Of a stretch of DNA of 64,000 nucleotides, positions 62,602-64,000 are shown one piece after another (position 1 is the stretch's first letter; the number at the start of each line of letters is the position of its first letter). The notes beneath the pieces were generated by a model. That model saw only the letters and a list, made by a program, of their open reading frames with translations, did no database searches and had not been told where the DNA came from. The stretch spans positions 3,008,001 to 3,072,000 of the forward strand of contig OZ250173.1 of NCBI GenBank assembly GCA_965238075.1, written 5' to 3'. This DNA is from Candidatus Entotheonellaceae bacterium. Lineage in GTDB: Bacteria; Tectomicrobia; Entotheonellia; Entotheonellales; Entotheonellaceae. The position numbers and the translations under genes were made by a program.

Positions 62602-63993
62602 ATGTTGCGGTTTTATAATACCCTGACGCGGGAAAAAGACGACTTTCGGCCGCTCGAACCGGGGAAAGTCAGGATGTACACCTGTGGACCCACCGTGTAC
62701 AACAGTCCTCACATCGGCAACTACCGCGCCTACGTTTTTGAAGACCTTCTGCGCAGGTATCTCAAGTACCGCGGCTATGACGTCAACCAAGTGATGAATT
62801 TGACCGACGTTGATGACAAGACGATTCGTGACTCGCGCCGCGCTGAGATGACCCTGCGGGATTTCACCGCCATCCATAAGAAGGCTTTTTTTGAAGACCT
62901 CCGGACGTTAAACATCGAGTCCGCCGAAGTCTATCCCGCCGCCACGGACCACATCCCCGACATGGTCGCCATGATTCAGCAACTCCAGAATCGCGGCTAT
63001 ACGTATGACGTGGAAGGCTCCATTTATTTCCGTCTCGACCGCTTCCCAAGCTACGGCAAGCTCGCCCACCTCGACGCTGAAACCCTGCAAAATGGCGCCA
63101 GCGGCAGGGTGGACCGCGATGAATATGCCAAGGACGACGTGCGCGACTTTGCTCTATGGAAGGCCTGGACTCCCGAGGATGGCGACGTGTTCTGGGAGAC
63201 CGAACTGGGCAAGGGACGGCCCGGTTGGCACATCGAGTGCTCGGCCATGTCGATGAAATACCTCGGCACGCACTTCGATATTCACACGGGCGGCGAGGAC
63301 AACATATTTCCCCACCACGAAAACGAAATTGCACAGTCCGAGGCCGCCACCAGCGAAACCTTTGTGAATTACTGGCTGCATTGCCGGCATCTGCTGGTCG
63401 ACAACATGAAGATGTCCAAATCCCTGGGCAACTTTTTCACCCTGCGCGACCTGCTCGACCAGGACTTCAAGTCCAAGGGCATCCGCTACGCCTTGCTGGC
63501 CACGCACTATCGGCAGCCGATGAACTTTACGCTGGACAATCTGCGTGGCGCCGAAACCGGGGTGCAACGGCTGCTCGACTTCATGGACAACTTGCCGTCG
63601 GCAGACGGCAGCGGGGCCGACGTGCGGCCTCTGCTACAGCAGACGCGGGAAAGCTTTGAAAAGTCCCTCGACGACGACCTCAACATCTCGGGCGCCTTGG
63701 GCGCCATTTTCCAGCTGGTGCGTGACGTAAATCGCATCCGGGCCGATGGCCGGCTCAGTTTGGCCGATGCCGGAGCGGTGCAAGACCTGATGCACCATTT
63801 CGACAGCGTTCTCGGCATCCTCGACGTTGACGCCGCCGCGCACGACGCGGATGTTGAAGAGTTATTGGCGCAACGCCAGGAGGCGCGCAAAAATCGCGAT
63901 TTTGACCGTGCAGATGCGCTGCGCGACGCCATTCGGGAACGCGGTTACGTCATCGAAGACACCCCTCATGGCCCTCGACTCAAACGGATGTGA
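62602..63993 (+). CDS. cysS: Cysteine-tRNA ligase
   Basis: CGPTVY, HIGN, GRPGWHIEC, FPHHENE, KMSKS. Confidence 0.98.
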   Translation: MLRFYNTLTREKDDFRPLEPGKVRMYTCGPTVYNSPHIGNYRAYVFEDLLRRYLKYRGYDVNQVMNLTDVDDKTIRDSRRAEMTLRDFTAIHKKAFFEDLRTLNIESAEVYPAATDHIPDMVAMIQQLQNRGYTYDVEGSIYFRLDRFPSYGKLAHLDAETLQNGASGRVDRDEYAKDDVRDFALWKAWTPEDGDVFWETELGKGRPGWHIECSAMSMKYLGTHFDIHTGGEDNIFPHHENEIAQSEAATSETFVNYWLHCRHLLVDNMKMSKSLGNFFTLRDLLDQDFKSKGIRYALLATHYRQPMNFTLDNLRGAETGVQRLLDFMDNLPSADGSGADVRPLLQQTRESFEKSLDDDLNISGALGAIFQLVRDVNRIRADGRLSLADAGAVQDLMHHFDSVLGILDVDAAAHDADVEELLAQRQEARKNRDFDRADALRDAIRERGYVIEDTPHGPRLKRM

Positions 63994-64000
63994 GCATGCC

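Overview
GC-rich bacterial chromosomal window. Gene content (F420/LLM oxidoreductases, many SDRs, Liv-type transporters, short EF-Ts, trmD followed by a separate SPOUT methyltransferase) resembles Candidatus Tectomicrobia/Entotheonella or related deltaproteobacteria-like lineages; that assignment is inference only. The left half holds metabolic and transport genes: SDRs, an EgtD-like methyltransferase, a Liv-type ABC cluster with an embedded acyl-CoA ligase, sugar permeases, aroKA, tRNA-Arg(CCG), lptE-holA, rpsT, a vapBC pair, hydantoinase A/B, rpiA, HtrA and solA. The right half is a long housekeeping run (cysH, dksA, priA, def-fmt-rsmB-rpe, ffh-rpsP-rimM-trmD-rplS-rnhB-yraN, rplM-rpsI-rpsB-tsf-pyrH-frr-cdsA-dxr, thpR, pilA-pilD) followed by a GMC oxidoreductase, a sulfurtransferase, hyi, an MBL hydrolase, an LLM oxidoreductase and cysS. 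The best candidate for something undescribed is missing from the ORF track: a promoter, a 40-codon leader ORF with 7 Cys codons, an overlapping antiterminator and an intrinsic terminator directly upstream of APS reductase (cysH), i.e. a probable cysteine-sensing ribosome-mediated attenuator. Other notable items are a triple zinc-ribbon repeat protein, a PD-(D/E)xK-like nuclease fused to a cold-shock domain, a 60-bp MITE that rewrote the end of a hicB gene, a truncated and diverged second sulfurtransferase copy, an altered TrmD motif and three REP-like repeat families. No CRISPR array, rRNA, transposase or integrase was seen.
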